64,000 nt of DNA from an uncultured Rivularia sp. (GCA_963665115.1 OY762007.1:640001-704000); one strand, 5' to 3'; positions 11,301 through 20,055 are shown, counted from the stretch's first letter. Made by a program: numbers and translations. Notes: a model not told the origin generated them from the letters alone.

Positions 11301-11814
11301 TGCTACAGGTTTAGCAGCATTAGAAACAATTCGTGTAGAAGCAGCAGTAAATGGCCCCGCAAGTAAACTTAGTGAAAACTTAGAATTGAAAAGTAGTCCA
11401 GCACGTAGCGAAACAGAAATTGTCGCTTTATTAGGAGGTGGATTTGACGGTGATGGAAGAGGTAATTTAGCTGTAGGATTGCTTAATATCGCAGGTTCGG
11501 CAGTTTTGGGTAACTTACAAAGCGCTTTTAATGATATTGGTACTGCTTTCGGTTTAAACGAACTGCGAGTATTTCCAACTATTATTTCCGATAATCCCGA
11601 AGCAGGAAAAAGCAGTTCTAGTATAGAATTAGCCGCAGAAGCTGGGGTTGATATAACAAATCGAATTTCAGTTTCCGCTCTCAAGATTTTAACCGCAGAC
11701 GATCCATTTCAATTCGGAATCAATTACCGATTAAAAGATAAAATTCGTCTTCGCGGTTCAACTAATTTTGATGATGATAACCGTGGTGCGATCGAATATC
11801 AAAGAAGGTTTTGA
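5308..11814 (+). CDS. tamB: TamB/AsmA-like translocation and assembly module protein (DUF490 C-terminus) with internal 69-aa repeats
   Basis: 2168 aa; N-terminal TM anchor, Gly-rich beta repeats, C-terminal LKSSPARSETEIVALLGG...IEYQRRF. Confidence 0.85.
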   Translation: MTNSSSTEKYSKSKNRKRLWLLILSRGGLAFGGLLLVGISVGIWRLQSFIRQDLAPLVEKNLTNIIDRPLELGEVKGFTLSGVKFGASAIPATAADADNVKADAIEVGFDPLQLLFNRRLKLDVTLVNPVGYVDRDEQGRWITTNIVLPDEPGPIDIELEQVRLRNGNVVLKPFVENEIASPKVVFSKLNGYAKFIDNYQVVRFEVEGQPGSTGNLSVGGKVNLKNKAGNLQIQAADLFASEVTPLVKLPVKLKGGKINGNLQVKLPTGEKQPLLYGNARVEGLDFQVAQMPKPLVNSQGNLQFDGTKVKLNDVVTSYGKIPLSGGGIIDFNQGYNLTARVNAVSVNDTLQTLEIQSPLAVGGVVKGDLTMTGAITQPVISGTVATVKPGIVDKVKLKTASGKFAFVTADSTVTFTDIRGTAAVGGEVRGAGKILIGDDSIGRKTQVNFNFRTGNAPGDSLARIYNIPTSSFQVGRVAATANLSGTPETLRTLVKFNAPQATYPATGEVIVNPNRSLSFRNVALAVAGGTALATASWNQQQWQAVANTKGIKINRFVSKEQLEKVNLDRASFNGKVIVSGSSAPFKIGQIRTENADIKVAGGKVAVNSVKFDEQKFSAELVASGVQVGRLLKDASLPINGPLSGKFQVSGNTDNFDAKTLQIQGYARLAAAGGRITANNIKVKDGIYLARVRANNLQLQQLSQQIPKSFKGRLTGEFDVAGSLDSLQPESIVATGKAEIKTNGGVIAANNIQVKDGVYLAQVATNNVQIQDLSEQLPKSFAGRLTGKFNLAGSLDSFAPESLIISGKANLNTVAGRISASDIEFARGQYRAKVGVNNIDVRQLSPQIPQSFPGKLTGNFNIAGSTKSFEELTVSGNGFVNAAGGRISASEIAVYNGRYQAKVDANKLLVSQLSPKIPQSFRGRLTGRFNIAGSLNSLEDVNLSGNAAIDAGDGKVTASDIFVNNGKYQAKVAADNLLVSQLSAKIPQSFGGRLTGRFNVAGSVNSLEDVNLSGNAAIDAADGKVTASDILVNNGKYQAKVAVNQIRLRQFAPQLPEILAGDLTGNFNITGNVAGSVNSFEDVNLSGNAAINAAGGKIAASNIQINNGRYQAVVNAADVELNKLNQRLRGKFASNLQIAGNLKNPTLADIRANGNVQFSQGIPGFEKPINAAIAWTGNKLKIARATAPGLNISGDIFANAKGVGIPQITQLDLNIQASNFDLQQLPVDISNAVNVAGKVDFDGKVTGKLPLPNVVGQVALKDFVINDVAFEPVLSGNVKSQLGSGLQLNIAGKQDRIAVNLNKNNRPESFVVKRGEAFASGQSQGDILALDIKAFPLQLLKLPLPVNRYLGSGKIAGTFTGNVRVNQKTFATASGNITVQNPEVGRLKGDKLVANFNYNGNKLSISTGKFFKGESRYTVAGTVTQIGEAPQIKGKLKVKQGKIQDVLTALQIYELQDIQRGLEEPTYGKASQLETIGVGLPNQTLLTQLRRYSEIQALLAQQKQQRRDASPFPELANLKGTFNAEVSLDTTNNEGISTQFDVKGQNFTWGTEEDPERYEAKQVIAQGGFENGILKFTPLRIESTNRLVSFSGAIGGDEQFGNLQVKNFPLEVVNNFVNLPIGFTGNLNGRAAIAGSIANPLTKGELKITDGTLNQKGIESAAASFSYSNGRLNFASNVMVNDSEPVDINGSIPYKLPFASVAPQSNQINLDVNVKNDGLAVLNLFNNQVTFEKGEGEVKLTVRGTLQEPVVNGNASIKNGIFSAQALPEKLTNVTGKVNFDFDTIAVKNLQGDFSKGKVVAKGDIPIYNDGSIQINNPLSVTLDKLAVNLKGLYQGGVGGNIILKGAALSPIVSGNINLDNGLVLLPEGDGDSGVANSKNLKRVKAGKEINQEENTRGKFNNLQLTLGKKVKVERPPIVSIQASGNLDINGTFSNPIPVGTLKLKKGGVNLFTTQFNLARGEENTATFIKNQPRDPILDISLFAKVLDVIQSSDFSRPNATGLAALETIRVEAAVNGPASKLSENLELKSSPARSETEIVALLGGGFDGDGRGNLAVGLLNIAGSAVLGNLQSAFNDIGTAFGLNELRVFPTIISDNPEAGKSSSSIELAAEAGVDITNRISVSALKILTADDPFQFGINYRLKDKIRLRGSTNFDDDNRGAIEYQRRF

Positions 11815-11872
11815 CAGTTAACAATTATCAGTGAACAGTTATCAGTTATCAGTTACCAACTAACTTCTATTT

Positions 11873-12928
11873 ATGAAAAAAAATATTTGGTTTGTGCTGT
11901 TGATATTAGTAGGTGTTGCGGTTGCGATATCATTTAGTTATAATTTTTGGGATAAATCCGAAGAAACTGCTGTTATTAATAGTATTCAAATAGAAACTCC
12001 ATTCCCAGAGGAAGAATCTACAGCAGAGAAAATAGAAAATCAATCAAAACAACTTAAACAAAGTAATATTCCTCAAGTTGATTCGGAAAGATTGTTTGCT
12101 GACGTGCAAAATTTGAGTTTTCAGCGTTTTACGAATGCCGAACGCAGACGTACCCGCAATTATATTATTAATGAATTAAAAAAGCAGGGATGGAAATCTT
12201 CTTTAGAACAGTTTCCCAAAGGTATTAATGTTTTTGCTGAAAAACCGGGAACCGATAGCGAAGCAGGAGCAATTTTACTTGCAGCCCATTATGATACCGT
12301 TTTGAATTCCCCTGGTGCTGATGATAATGCCACTGGTGTTGCTGTATTGCTCGAAATAGCTCGACTTTTTAATTCTGATTCGACTCCCCGAACTTTGCAA
12401 TTAGCTTTTTTCGATCGAGAAGAAGCTGGTTTATTAGGTAGTCGCGCTTTTGTGAATAATCAAGCCCGTTTGCAAAACTTACGTGGTGTAATTGTCATGG
12501 ATATGGTGGGTTACGCTTGCTATACAGCAGGTTGTCAAAAAACTCCTTCCGGTTTTCCCATAACTCCTACCAGCGATAAAGGTGATTTTTTAGCCGTGGT
12601 AGGTGATACGGAACATTTACCATTAATTAATACTTTTAAAACAGTCCAAAAATCATCAAAATTACCACCAGTATTTACTTTACCAGTTCCCCTCAAAGGA
12701 GTTTTAACACCTGACGTTTTACGAAGTGACCATGCGCCATTTTGGCTACAAGGAATTGGAGCTTTATTAGTTACCGATACAGCTAATTTACGTAGTTCTT
12801 TCTATCATCAACCAAGCGATATTCCTGCTAATATTAAACGTAATTTTTTCGCCGGTGCAGCGCAGTTAATTGTTAACGTTACGAATGCTTTATTGCAGGG
12901 TAGCGGGAGTTTAGCAACGCCGAGTTAG
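11873..12928 (+). CDS. M28 family metallopeptidase, exported
   Basis: AHYDT, GADDNATG, FDREEAGLLGS, RSDHAPF and YH motifs; N-terminal hydrophobic segment. Confidence 0.9.
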   Translation: MKKNIWFVLLILVGVAVAISFSYNFWDKSEETAVINSIQIETPFPEEESTAEKIENQSKQLKQSNIPQVDSERLFADVQNLSFQRFTNAERRRTRNYIINELKKQGWKSSLEQFPKGINVFAEKPGTDSEAGAILLAAHYDTVLNSPGADDNATGVAVLLEIARLFNSDSTPRTLQLAFFDREEAGLLGSRAFVNNQARLQNLRGVIVMDMVGYACYTAGCQKTPSGFPITPTSDKGDFLAVVGDTEHLPLINTFKTVQKSSKLPPVFTLPVPLKGVLTPDVLRSDHAPFWLQGIGALLVTDTANLRSSFYHQPSDIPANIKRNFFAGAAQLIVNVTNALLQGSGSLATPS

Positions 12929-13058
12929 GAACAGTGAGCAAGATTATCTTAGCTATTATGGTGCGTTACACTCCGTGACAACACACCCTACAATTCTGTT
13001 CGTTAACTGTTCGCTGATTTCATAAAAGTAACCGGAACCCCAATTTACAATGCTGCTG

Positions 13059-13250
13059 GCTGTAGTGGCGGAGGGATTAAAGTCAGGTGACACTCAAGTC
13101 GCATAACCTGACATCTTGCACCAATTTCAGAAACCCGGTTTCTTTTCAGTTTTAGAACGAGATATTCATGCTTTCACGGATAGAAACCGGGTTTCTTTAG
13201 GCTGTGGTGGCGAAGGGACTAAAGACAGGTGACACTCAAGTCGCATAACC
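13059..13250. repeat. Two ~50-bp direct repeats flanking an AGAAACCCGGTTTCT / AGAAACCGGGTTTCT inverted-repeat element
   Basis: GCTGT(A/G)GTGGCG(G/A)AGGGA(T/C)TAAAG(T/A)CAGGTGACACTCAAGTCGCATAACC at 13059-13108 and 13201-13250. Confidence 0.85.
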
Positions 13251-13374
13251 GCACTTTTACGGACGGACACCACTACAGTTACAAATATTAAAATTGCTTA
13301 ACACTTCGTTACTATAGATGTATTGAGAGAGCTAACGAGTTTGTCTCTCAATGTAAAAAACACAGGTAAACGCC

Positions 13375-14499
13375 ATGAATAACACAATCCGTGTTGGCAA
13401 CCTCTTCGGGATTCCCTTCTATATTCATCCATCCTGGTTTTTAGTACTGGGTTTGGTGACTTGGACTTATGGTAGCGGGCTAGGGAATGCATTTCCTTAT
13501 TTAGGAACTGGATCTGCTTTGCTGTTGGGTTTAATCGCAGCTTTGATGCTTTTTAGCTCTGTTGTTGCCCACGAACTAGGACATAGTTTTGTTGCCATTC
13601 GTCAAGGGATTGATGTTAAATCCATCACCCTGTTTATATTTGGAGGTTTGGCTAGTTTAGAGAAAGAATCAAATACTCCAGCATCTGCTTTTTGGGTGGC
13701 GATCGCCGGTCCCTTAGTTAGCCTGTTGTTGTTTGGTGTATTTACAGCGATTGGTTTTGGTACTGGAGCCTCTGGGGTATTCTCAGCAATTTTGGGACTG
13801 CTCGCTTCTGTTAACTTGGCACTATGCTTATTTAACCTGATTCCTGGCTTGCCCCTAGACGGTGGGAATATACTTAAAGCGATAGTTTGGAAAATCACTG
13901 GTAATCCTAATAAAGGAGTGATTTTCGCCAGTCGAGTTGGACAAATTTTTGGTTGGATTGCTGTTTCAAGTGGTTTAATTCCACTATTGTTAACTGGCAG
14001 TTTTGCTAACTTCTGGAATTTGTTGATTGGTTTCTTCTTATTGAGAAATGCTGGTAATGCAGCCCAAGTTGCAAGGGTACAAGAACAGTTTACGGGTTTA
14101 ACTGCTGCTGATGCAGTAAGTAGCGATAGCCCAGTTATTGCCGATAACCTTACTCTCAGAGAATTTGCTGACGAACAGATAGTAAGCGGACAAAAATGGC
14201 AGCGCTTTTTAGTTACCAACAGTGACGGACAATTGGTAGGAGCAATATCTGCTGACAATTTTCGTGCCGTTTCACCGCAATTTTGGTCGGAAACTCAAGT
14301 TAAAGATGTAATGCGACCAATTGCAGAATCTACTACGGTTAAAGCCGATCAACCTTTATTAGAAGTAGTGCAGTTAATCGAACAACAAAAACTATCTGCG
14401 CTAACCGTGATTCGTGACAATAACGTGTTAGTGGGAATTTTGGAAAAAGCTGCAATACTCAACTTGCTACAGAAAAGGATGCAAGCAAATCCCACCTAA
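13375..14499 (+). CDS. Site-2 (M50) zinc metalloprotease with CBS domains
   Basis: HELGH and NLIPGLPLDGG motifs, multiple TM segments, C-terminal CBS pair. Confidence 0.93.
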   Translation: MNNTIRVGNLFGIPFYIHPSWFLVLGLVTWTYGSGLGNAFPYLGTGSALLLGLIAALMLFSSVVAHELGHSFVAIRQGIDVKSITLFIFGGLASLEKESNTPASAFWVAIAGPLVSLLLFGVFTAIGFGTGASGVFSAILGLLASVNLALCLFNLIPGLPLDGGNILKAIVWKITGNPNKGVIFASRVGQIFGWIAVSSGLIPLLLTGSFANFWNLLIGFFLLRNAGNAAQVARVQEQFTGLTAADAVSSDSPVIADNLTLREFADEQIVSGQKWQRFLVTNSDGQLVGAISADNFRAVSPQFWSETQVKDVMRPIAESTTVKADQPLLEVVQLIEQQKLSALTVIRDNNVLVGILEKAAILNLLQKRMQANPT

Positions 14500-14531
14500 T
14501 TTCTCGATGTTAAATAACTAATAGTGATGTT

Positions 14532-14559
14532 ATGAAGCGAATTGTCTGTATCGCTTCAT
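14532..14559 (+). terminator. Hairpin downstream of the protease gene
   Basis: ATGAAGCGA-N10-TCGCTTCAT. Confidence 0.5.
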
Positions 14560-14576
14560 TCGTCGTTTAAAGGTGG

Positions 14577-14700
14577 TAAGTAAGTCGGCACATAAAAAAC
14601 TCACTATGTCACGAAATGTAGAAAGGTTGAAACGGGTGGGATTGCTTCGTTCCTCGCTTCGGACAGAACACAATTATATTTATTCACGCGGACTTACTTA
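14577..14700. mobile_element. MITE-like element
   Basis: Terminal inverted repeats TAAGTAAGTC...GACTTACTTA. Confidence 0.65.
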
Positions 14701-14720
14701 ATTTAGAATTAAACATTTTC

Positions 14721-15237
14721 TTACTTAGTAACAGGTTCAGCTTTCTCAACTGAATTATCCGTTACTCCCAAAGTTAATTCTAAAGGCGTGCGGTCTGGAT
14801 AAGCTTTTACTACTTGCCTATAAACATCATAATTTGTAGGTAATGTCCTTTGCTGCGTACCTTCTGAGTAAATGAATTCGTACTTCACAGATTTTAATAA
14901 TTCGGGTCTGCTTGCCTCTTGTTCCGAACCTTGGCGTTGTTCTACTTCATCAACTGTTGGTCGCGGCGGTAGTGCAGCCCACCACAAACCTCGGTCATCG
15001 GGGTCCTGTAACTGCTCCCGATGGTTTCAAACCATTACGATTGAGCAAGGAAGTTGTAGCGAATTCTTCCAAACGTGGTGATGGTTCCGTTGTTAGATTA
15101 TTCGCATATTCTACTTGCCAGGTATAAGTTGTAAGTGCTGTAGCTTCATATTGGCTTGTAGTTACGTTGGTGCAACCAGCGATTGCAGCCGAAAAAAGAA
15201 GCGAAAATAATTTTTGAGCGCGTTGTTTATTACCCAT
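14721..15237 (-). CDS. Conserved cyanobacterial lipoprotein, split by a +1 frameshift at GGGG 15000-15003 (171 aa restored)
   Basis: Lipobox IAGC. Removing one base joins ...VTGP to DDRGLWWAALPPRP.... Confidence 0.75.
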
Positions 15238-15688
15238 TACCTAAGCCCATAAAAGTAACTGGAACCCCAATTAATTGTTTACCTATTTGAGATATTTTAA
15301 ATTTATTTTTGAGAGATACAGGTAAATCTTGAAAAGCAACTTGTATAAAACCAAATTTTATATAGTAATCTACTAATTTTTTACCCAAACATTCTAAATA
15401 CAATGGTTGAGTTGCTTGTTGGATTAAATGTTGAGTCAGAAAACTTCCTAAACCGCGATTTCTCCAATTTTTTGTCACAACTAAGCTACCGAGTTCTTGA
15501 GCTTCTGTAAAATTGCGTAACTGTCCGCAAGCGATGATTTTTTCGTCGAATTCGATCGCCCAAAATTGCTGCCATTTTAATTGTGTGGGGTCAAGTTTTG
15601 CTTTGAATACCAGCCAGCGAATTGATGAAGCGTCTTTAGATGTGGCTTTGCGGAGAATACATCCTTCTGGTAAATGCTTCATAATCAT
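15230..15688 (-). CDS. GNAT family N-acetyltransferase
   Basis: ELGSLVV...WRNRGLGS acetyl-CoA binding motif; start uncertain. Confidence 0.88.
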   Translation of the reverse strand: MIMKHLPEGCILRKATSKDASSIRWLVFKAKLDPTQLKWQQFWAIEFDEKIIACGQLRNFTEAQELGSLVVTKNWRNRGLGSFLTQHLIQQATQPLYLECLGKKLVDYYIKFGFIQVAFQDLPVSLKNKFKISQIGKQLIGVPVTFMGLGNG

Positions 15689-15753
15689 GTTTTCCCCGAT
15701 AATGACTTCCCGTAAGGATAATTTTACCGGGAAAAATGGTGATTTCAAATAAG

Positions 15754-16389
15754 TTATGCAAACAGTGCGCCGTAGGTTTTACTACCGCATATTCCGTCAG
15801 ATACAAGTCTTTTATCCCTTTGAAACTGTTTAACTTTAGATTCGGTTGTTGGACCAAAATCGCCATCAATACTCAATGTATATCCTTTGTTCTTTAACTG
15901 ACGCTGCATTTTTTTAACATCTTCACCAGTATCACCGCGTCTTAAAGTATTGTTGAAATTTGGTCGTAATTCTCCATGTACTTTGACAATTGACTTTCCA
16001 GATTTCGTATTATCGTGAATTAGCTTTGCTGCTTCCTTATTTGCAATCCGAACGCATCCGTGGGAGCTAGGATATTCGGGAACCCGTGGAAAGTAATGCA
16101 GGGCAATTCCCCTTTCCGCTTCTTGAAAGCGCGTCACCCATTCCGCTTCTGGATATTTGCTAAATTTACGATCTTGCCAAAGTACCGGGAACTCACCTTT
16201 CGGAGTACAATCTGTGCCAGCTTTTTGACTGGTTGCAACGTTATCGCAATTAACACCGGAAATACCTTTACCGGGGGTGCAGTGGAAAGGCCCTTTTTTT
16301 TGTGATGCAGCATTTGAACCAGTCCATTCCAGCGTCACTTCTTGTTTCCATAAGTCAACGTTGACTTTTGATATGTATGTTTCTGCCAT
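15754..16389 (-). CDS. L,D-transpeptidase (YkuD-like) with C-terminal peptidoglycan-binding domain
   Basis: IALH...SHGCVRI catalytic motif; LRRGDTGEDVKKMQ...DGDFGPTT...DGICG PG_binding_1 pattern. Confidence 0.88.
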   Translation of the reverse strand: MAETYISKVNVDLWKQEVTLEWTGSNAASQKKGPFHCTPGKGISGVNCDNVATSQKAGTDCTPKGEFPVLWQDRKFSKYPEAEWVTRFQEAERGIALHYFPRVPEYPSSHGCVRIANKEAAKLIHDNTKSGKSIVKVHGELRPNFNNTLRRGDTGEDVKKMQRQLKNKGYTLSIDGDFGPTTESKVKQFQRDKRLVSDGICGSKTYGALFA

Positions 16390-16526
16390 GAGATTATTAC
16401 CAATAAAGATTATATGTCTTGAATGCTACAAGAAATAACTCTTTATTTAAAGTACTCTTTGGGGTTATTTTTTACTCAATATACATTTGGGAACTATTTA
16501 AATTTATTTGTTGAATAACCTAGATA

Positions 16527-16554
16527 TGGAGACGTAGCACTGCTACGTCTCTAC
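16527..16554. repeat. REP-like palindrome
   Basis: GAGACGTAGCACTGCTACGTCTC; related copy at 34812-34839. Confidence 0.75.
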
Positions 16555-16559
16555 ATTAG

Positions 16560-17579
16560 TTATTGTTTTAGAATGGCATCTTCGATCGCGTAATCTAATA
16601 AAAAGGGTGCTGCTAACTGCTGCATTTCGGTAGATAAATGATTTTTTTCCCATTCAATAGTTCTTTTCAACGCTTCTTCTATGGGTACGATTTCCCTGTA
16701 TCCCAACTCTTCACGAATGCGAGTCGAGTCTACAAACCAATCTTGTTCTGAGTTGAGTGGTAAATTCCAGTCTGGAGGAAATTTGTCTTTGGGTAGACTG
16801 ACAACTTTACCTTTCCATCCTGCGAGTTTCCCTATTTTTGTAACTCTTTCCCCTTCAGAAAGTGTCTCTGATTCGGCAACATTATAGATTCTCCCTTTTG
16901 CTTTTTCGCTGGTAACGGCTAAAGCAATTGCATAACCGATATTTTCAACATAACCGTAAGAAGCACGCCATTTAGCAATACCATCCAACAACACAATCGC
17001 ATCGCGGCGATCGCCCATTCGTTTTAAATAGGGTGATAATCGGTTCAAAGGGTCATTTTTTCCATATACCATTGGTAATCTGATGATTGTTCCAGGTAAT
17101 TCGGATGACATCACAACTTTTTCAATTACAATCTTCTCGTAATCTGGTGGTACATTCAAAGGTCTTTTTGGCGCATCTTTTAACAGATAAAGCGAAGAAC
17201 GTAAAGCTGAATCTTCTGTAAGCGGAACGTTTTGCGTACCGGATTCCTTACCTAAAATAATTTCATAAGCGCGGTATACGTCCATACTGCTAATTGCGAC
17301 AACGCGCCGTGCAATACTCTTAAATACGTCCATTAACATCCGTGCGTCAGATTCCGTGTAGCAAATCATATCTACAACAGCATCAGGTAAAAGACTCTCA
17401 AACTCACTTTTATAATCTTGAAGTTGAGAGCGATCGCCATATATAAAATCCACATTCTCAGGTAAGTCAGCTTTGGTGTTTCCGCGATGGAATATTGTTA
17501 CATCGTGCCCCATAGTTACAAGCTGACGTACAACAGAAGGACCAATAAAATTAGTTCCACCGATAATTAGAATTTTCAT
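16560..17579 (-). CDS. NAD-dependent epimerase/dehydratase family protein
   Basis: GGTNFIG Rossmann motif; SSMDVY; RLPMVYG. Confidence 0.88.
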   Translation of the reverse strand: MKILIIGGTNFIGPSVVRQLVTMGHDVTIFHRGNTKADLPENVDFIYGDRSQLQDYKSEFESLLPDAVVDMICYTESDARMLMDVFKSIARRVVAISSMDVYRAYEIILGKESGTQNVPLTEDSALRSSLYLLKDAPKRPLNVPPDYEKIVIEKVVMSSELPGTIIRLPMVYGKNDPLNRLSPYLKRMGDRRDAIVLLDGIAKWRASYGYVENIGYAIALAVTSEKAKGRIYNVAESETLSEGERVTKIGKLAGWKGKVVSLPKDKFPPDWNLPLNSEQDWFVDSTRIREELGYREIVPIEEALKRTIEWEKNHLSTEMQQLAAPFLLDYAIEDAILKQ

Positions 17580-17619
17580 TTTGATTTTCCGGAAATGTCT
17601 ACTGATAATCGAAGCATTA

Positions 17620-18018
17620 CTATTGTCGATCGGAGGTTCTCGCCTTTTGAATCATTTCTTGGATTGTTTCAGTTTCGCCAATTTCGTAAAGGCTAATCAA
17701 ACCATCCTCAATGGTAAAGATTTGCTGAACTGTTGCATCCGCAAGTAAATTGCCTTGTAAATCTTTGATGACTTGATGAACGGTAACAACGTTTCGATTA
17801 TTTTCGTCCGTCTCGAATTTCAGCGTCTCAAGCTCTGGTTGAATATTCTTAAATTGATTAGTCCAGTATTCGCGCACTGCGTCGCATCCATAAACAAAAC
17901 CGCCTTCCACTCCGTTCGCCCATTTCACATCCGGGTGCATAAACGAGATAATTGTTTCAATTTCACGGTTATTAAAGGCATCGTATAAATTTTGCAGAAA
18001 TTCTTGATTTGAACTCAT
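17620..18018 (-). CDS. SnoaL-like/NTF2 family protein
   Basis: LYDAFNNREIE...HPDVKWANG..GG...G.DAVREYW. Likely start is MSSNQ; the longer ORF start runs into a repeat element. Confidence 0.82.
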   Translation of the reverse strand: MSSNQEFLQNLYDAFNNREIETIISFMHPDVKWANGVEGGFVYGCDAVREYWTNQFKNIQPELETLKFETDENNRNVVTVHQVIKDLQGNLLADATVQQIFTIEDGLISLYEIGETETIQEMIQKARTSDRQ

Positions 18019-18060
18019 AATTATCACCATGTTTACTTTTTGTTTTGCTGTCTTTATAAC

Positions 18061-18152
18061 AGGACTTACGCAGCGATAACGGAAAATATAGTGTTCTAGA
18101 TGCTGAGATCCCCCCAACCCCCCTTTTTAAAGGGGGGCTTTGCGTAAGTCCT
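18061..18152. mobile_element. MITE-like element, AGGACTTACGCA TIR family
   Basis: AGGACTTACGCA...TGCGTAAGTCCT termini with an internal C-rich/G-rich hairpin; same TIRs at 63834-63959. Confidence 0.75.
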
Positions 18153-18158
18153 ATATAA

Positions 18159-18419
18159 TTAATCCTTTTCAAACACTCCCATTTCACCAAGACGAATAGT
18201 CAGAATTTTTACATCTGTAATCGCTTTGTGGGAACCGTTTTTAGTATTAGCAGGAGTAAACCGGAATGTTCCGGCTTGACACTCTCTTCCTCCGGTTTCA
18301 ATAGTTCCTTCAAGAACATAAACATACTCATCACAGGGATGAGAATGAACTGGAATTTCCGTACCAGCGCTCATGGCTAATTTATGAATTGAGCCTTGGT
18401 AAACTGGTTGAGCTAATGG
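18159..18419 (-). pseudogene. 5'-truncated duplicate of the cupin gene at 19590-19928
   Basis: About 260 bp highly similar to 19590-19850; lacks the N-terminus; FWF changed to FRF. Confidence 0.75.
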
Positions 18420-18435
18420 AAAGAAATATAATTAT

Positions 18436-18621
18436 TTAATTGCCACCCCACAAAAATCTGGCTATAAAAATGCCAAGAGAACCAAAGAAGGTATTGACTG
18501 ATGCCGTTTTAAAAGCTTTAGCCAGAGAATCCCTTTTTACAAGCATCCGCCATATAAACAAATTCAAAAATGACGAGATGGTGAACATTAAAATCAATTT
18601 CCAGTCAAATTCAGATAACAT
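18436..18621 (-). CDS. Small two-TM hypothetical protein
   Basis: 61 aa with two hydrophobic segments; AAGGAAGG-like RBS upstream. Confidence 0.55.
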   Translation of the reverse strand: MLSEFDWKLILMFTISSFLNLFIWRMLVKRDSLAKAFKTASVNTFFGSLGIFIARFLWGGN

Positions 18622-18707
18622 TATTACCTTCCTTTTGAAAATAAATAATCTGCATGAGTGTTTTTAAGTTCCACTGATAATCATAATTTTCATTTTTTGG
18701 AATTCCT

Positions 18708-19577
18708 TTAATTTAAGTTTTGACTAAACCAAGCTGCTACAACTTTTTGAAATTCGGCTATATCCTGTTTTAATTCGGGTGAATTTTTGGCTGCTTCTAA
18801 ATCAAGCTGATGTCCTAAATGTTCAAAGGTTTTTAAAGATAGACGTTCGGATTGATTCGCTTGCTGATAATGCGGAGCAATAGCTGTATATAATTCTTCA
18901 ATTTGATTCACATAGAAAACCTCATCCTGCAAACCATGTACAAAGAATATTGCCGGAATAGGTTGACGCTGAGTAATTTCCGAAGCACGAGCAACAAAAT
19001 CTAAGCGTTTTTTGACTACTTCTGATGCTTCACTCCAGCGATACTTTGTTTCCTCTTCCTTTAAGTTGGGATAATATTGTTTCATTCCACGCTCATAAGC
19101 ATCTACTGCTGATACTAAATCCTTAGTTACTCCAGCTAAGACAATAGTTTTGATCGGTAAAGAACTTTCCAACAAGGTAAGTAAGGCTGTTAAACCACCA
19201 GCGGAGAAACCAAATAAACCAATTTCTTGTTTACTAATAGGAAATTTTGTTTGCAATGCTTCAACAACACTTGGTAATTCTTGCATTGCCTGTTCGCTTA
19301 TAGGTAGCAGCAACTTTAATACGTAATCTTCAATCTGTCGTCGCTCAATCTCATCAATCCCACCTTCGGGTAAACGTTTACCAAATGAAGGTAATCCCAG
19401 ATATGCTTTCCAAGCTTGCACTTCCTTCAAGGGCAAAACTTCAGCCAGCAATTCTTCGCTATTAGGTATCCCAAAACCGTGCCAAAGAACTATAAGTGGA
19501 GCAGGTAAGCTAGGATTCACGGGTGAATGAACTATTACAGGTACACCAGCTAACTCTAAAAATTCCTTGTTAAACAT
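18708..19577 (-). CDS. Alpha/beta hydrolase (esterase-like)
   Basis: HGFG oxyanion motif, GFSAGG nucleophile elbow, HGLQDE, GH; GGAGG RBS. Confidence 0.85.
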   Translation of the reverse strand: MFNKEFLELAGVPVIVHSPVNPSLPAPLIVLWHGFGIPNSEELLAEVLPLKEVQAWKAYLGLPSFGKRLPEGGIDEIERRQIEDYVLKLLLPISEQAMQELPSVVEALQTKFPISKQEIGLFGFSAGGLTALLTLLESSLPIKTIVLAGVTKDLVSAVDAYERGMKQYYPNLKEEETKYRWSEASEVVKKRLDFVARASEITQRQPIPAIFFVHGLQDEVFYVNQIEELYTAIAPHYQQANQSERLSLKTFEHLGHQLDLEAAKNSPELKQDIAEFQKVVAAWFSQNLN

Positions 19578-19589
19578 AGTTACCTCCGA

Positions 19590-19928
19590 TTAATCCTTTT
19601 CAAACACACCCATTTCACCAAGACGAATCGTCACAATTTCTACATCTGTAATCGCTTTGTGAGAACCGTTTTTAGCGTTTGCAGGAGTAAACCAGAATGT
19701 TCCGGCTTGACACTCTTTTCCTCCAGTTTCGATAGTTCCTTCGAGAACATAAACATACTCGTCGCAAGGGTGAGAATGAATCGGAATTACGGTACCAGCA
19801 CTCATGCGTAATTTATGAATTGAGCCTTGGGGAACTGGTTGAGCTAATGGGAGGATTTCTGTCCCCAGAAAAGAAGGGAGTTTATCCCATTCTTCTGTAT
19901 TGGTGTCGATGAAATTTTGTTGGGACAT
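19590..19928 (-). CDS. Cupin domain protein (ChrR-like)
   Basis: PIHSHPCDEYVYVLEG cupin motif. True start is MSQQN; the longer ORF start lies in a MITE. Confidence 0.85.
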   Translation of the reverse strand: MSQQNFIDTNTEEWDKLPSFLGTEILPLAQPVPQGSIHKLRMSAGTVIPIHSHPCDEYVYVLEGTIETGGKECQAGTFWFTPANAKNGSHKAITDVEIVTIRLGEMGVFEKD

Positions 19929-19945
19929 TTGTAAATATCTGGTTT

Positions 19946-20055
19946 TATAATCATTCCAATTAATTTCCGTAGTGCGAGCATCTTGCTCGCTCGGTACTAG
20001 CGAGCAAGATGCTCGCACTACAAATCAATCGGTTTCTATTTAGAATCGCTATATA
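19946..20055. mobile_element. MITE (~110 bp) with TATA-bounded imperfect TIRs and an internal palindrome
   Basis: GTAGTGCGAGCATCTTGCTCGCT..AGCGAGCAAGATGCTCGCACTAC; near-identical copy at 35067-35200. Confidence 0.85.

Noticed and set aside
13059..13250. Possible mini-CRISPR (two repeats plus spacer)
   Set aside because: The repeats are 50 bp and the 92-bp intervening sequence is itself an inverted-repeat element, which does not fit CRISPR geometry.
19929..20018. N-terminal extension of the cupin ORF (and likewise 18019-18117 of the SnoaL ORF)
   Set aside because: The extensions run through MITE sequence; the internal ATGs are more plausible starts.
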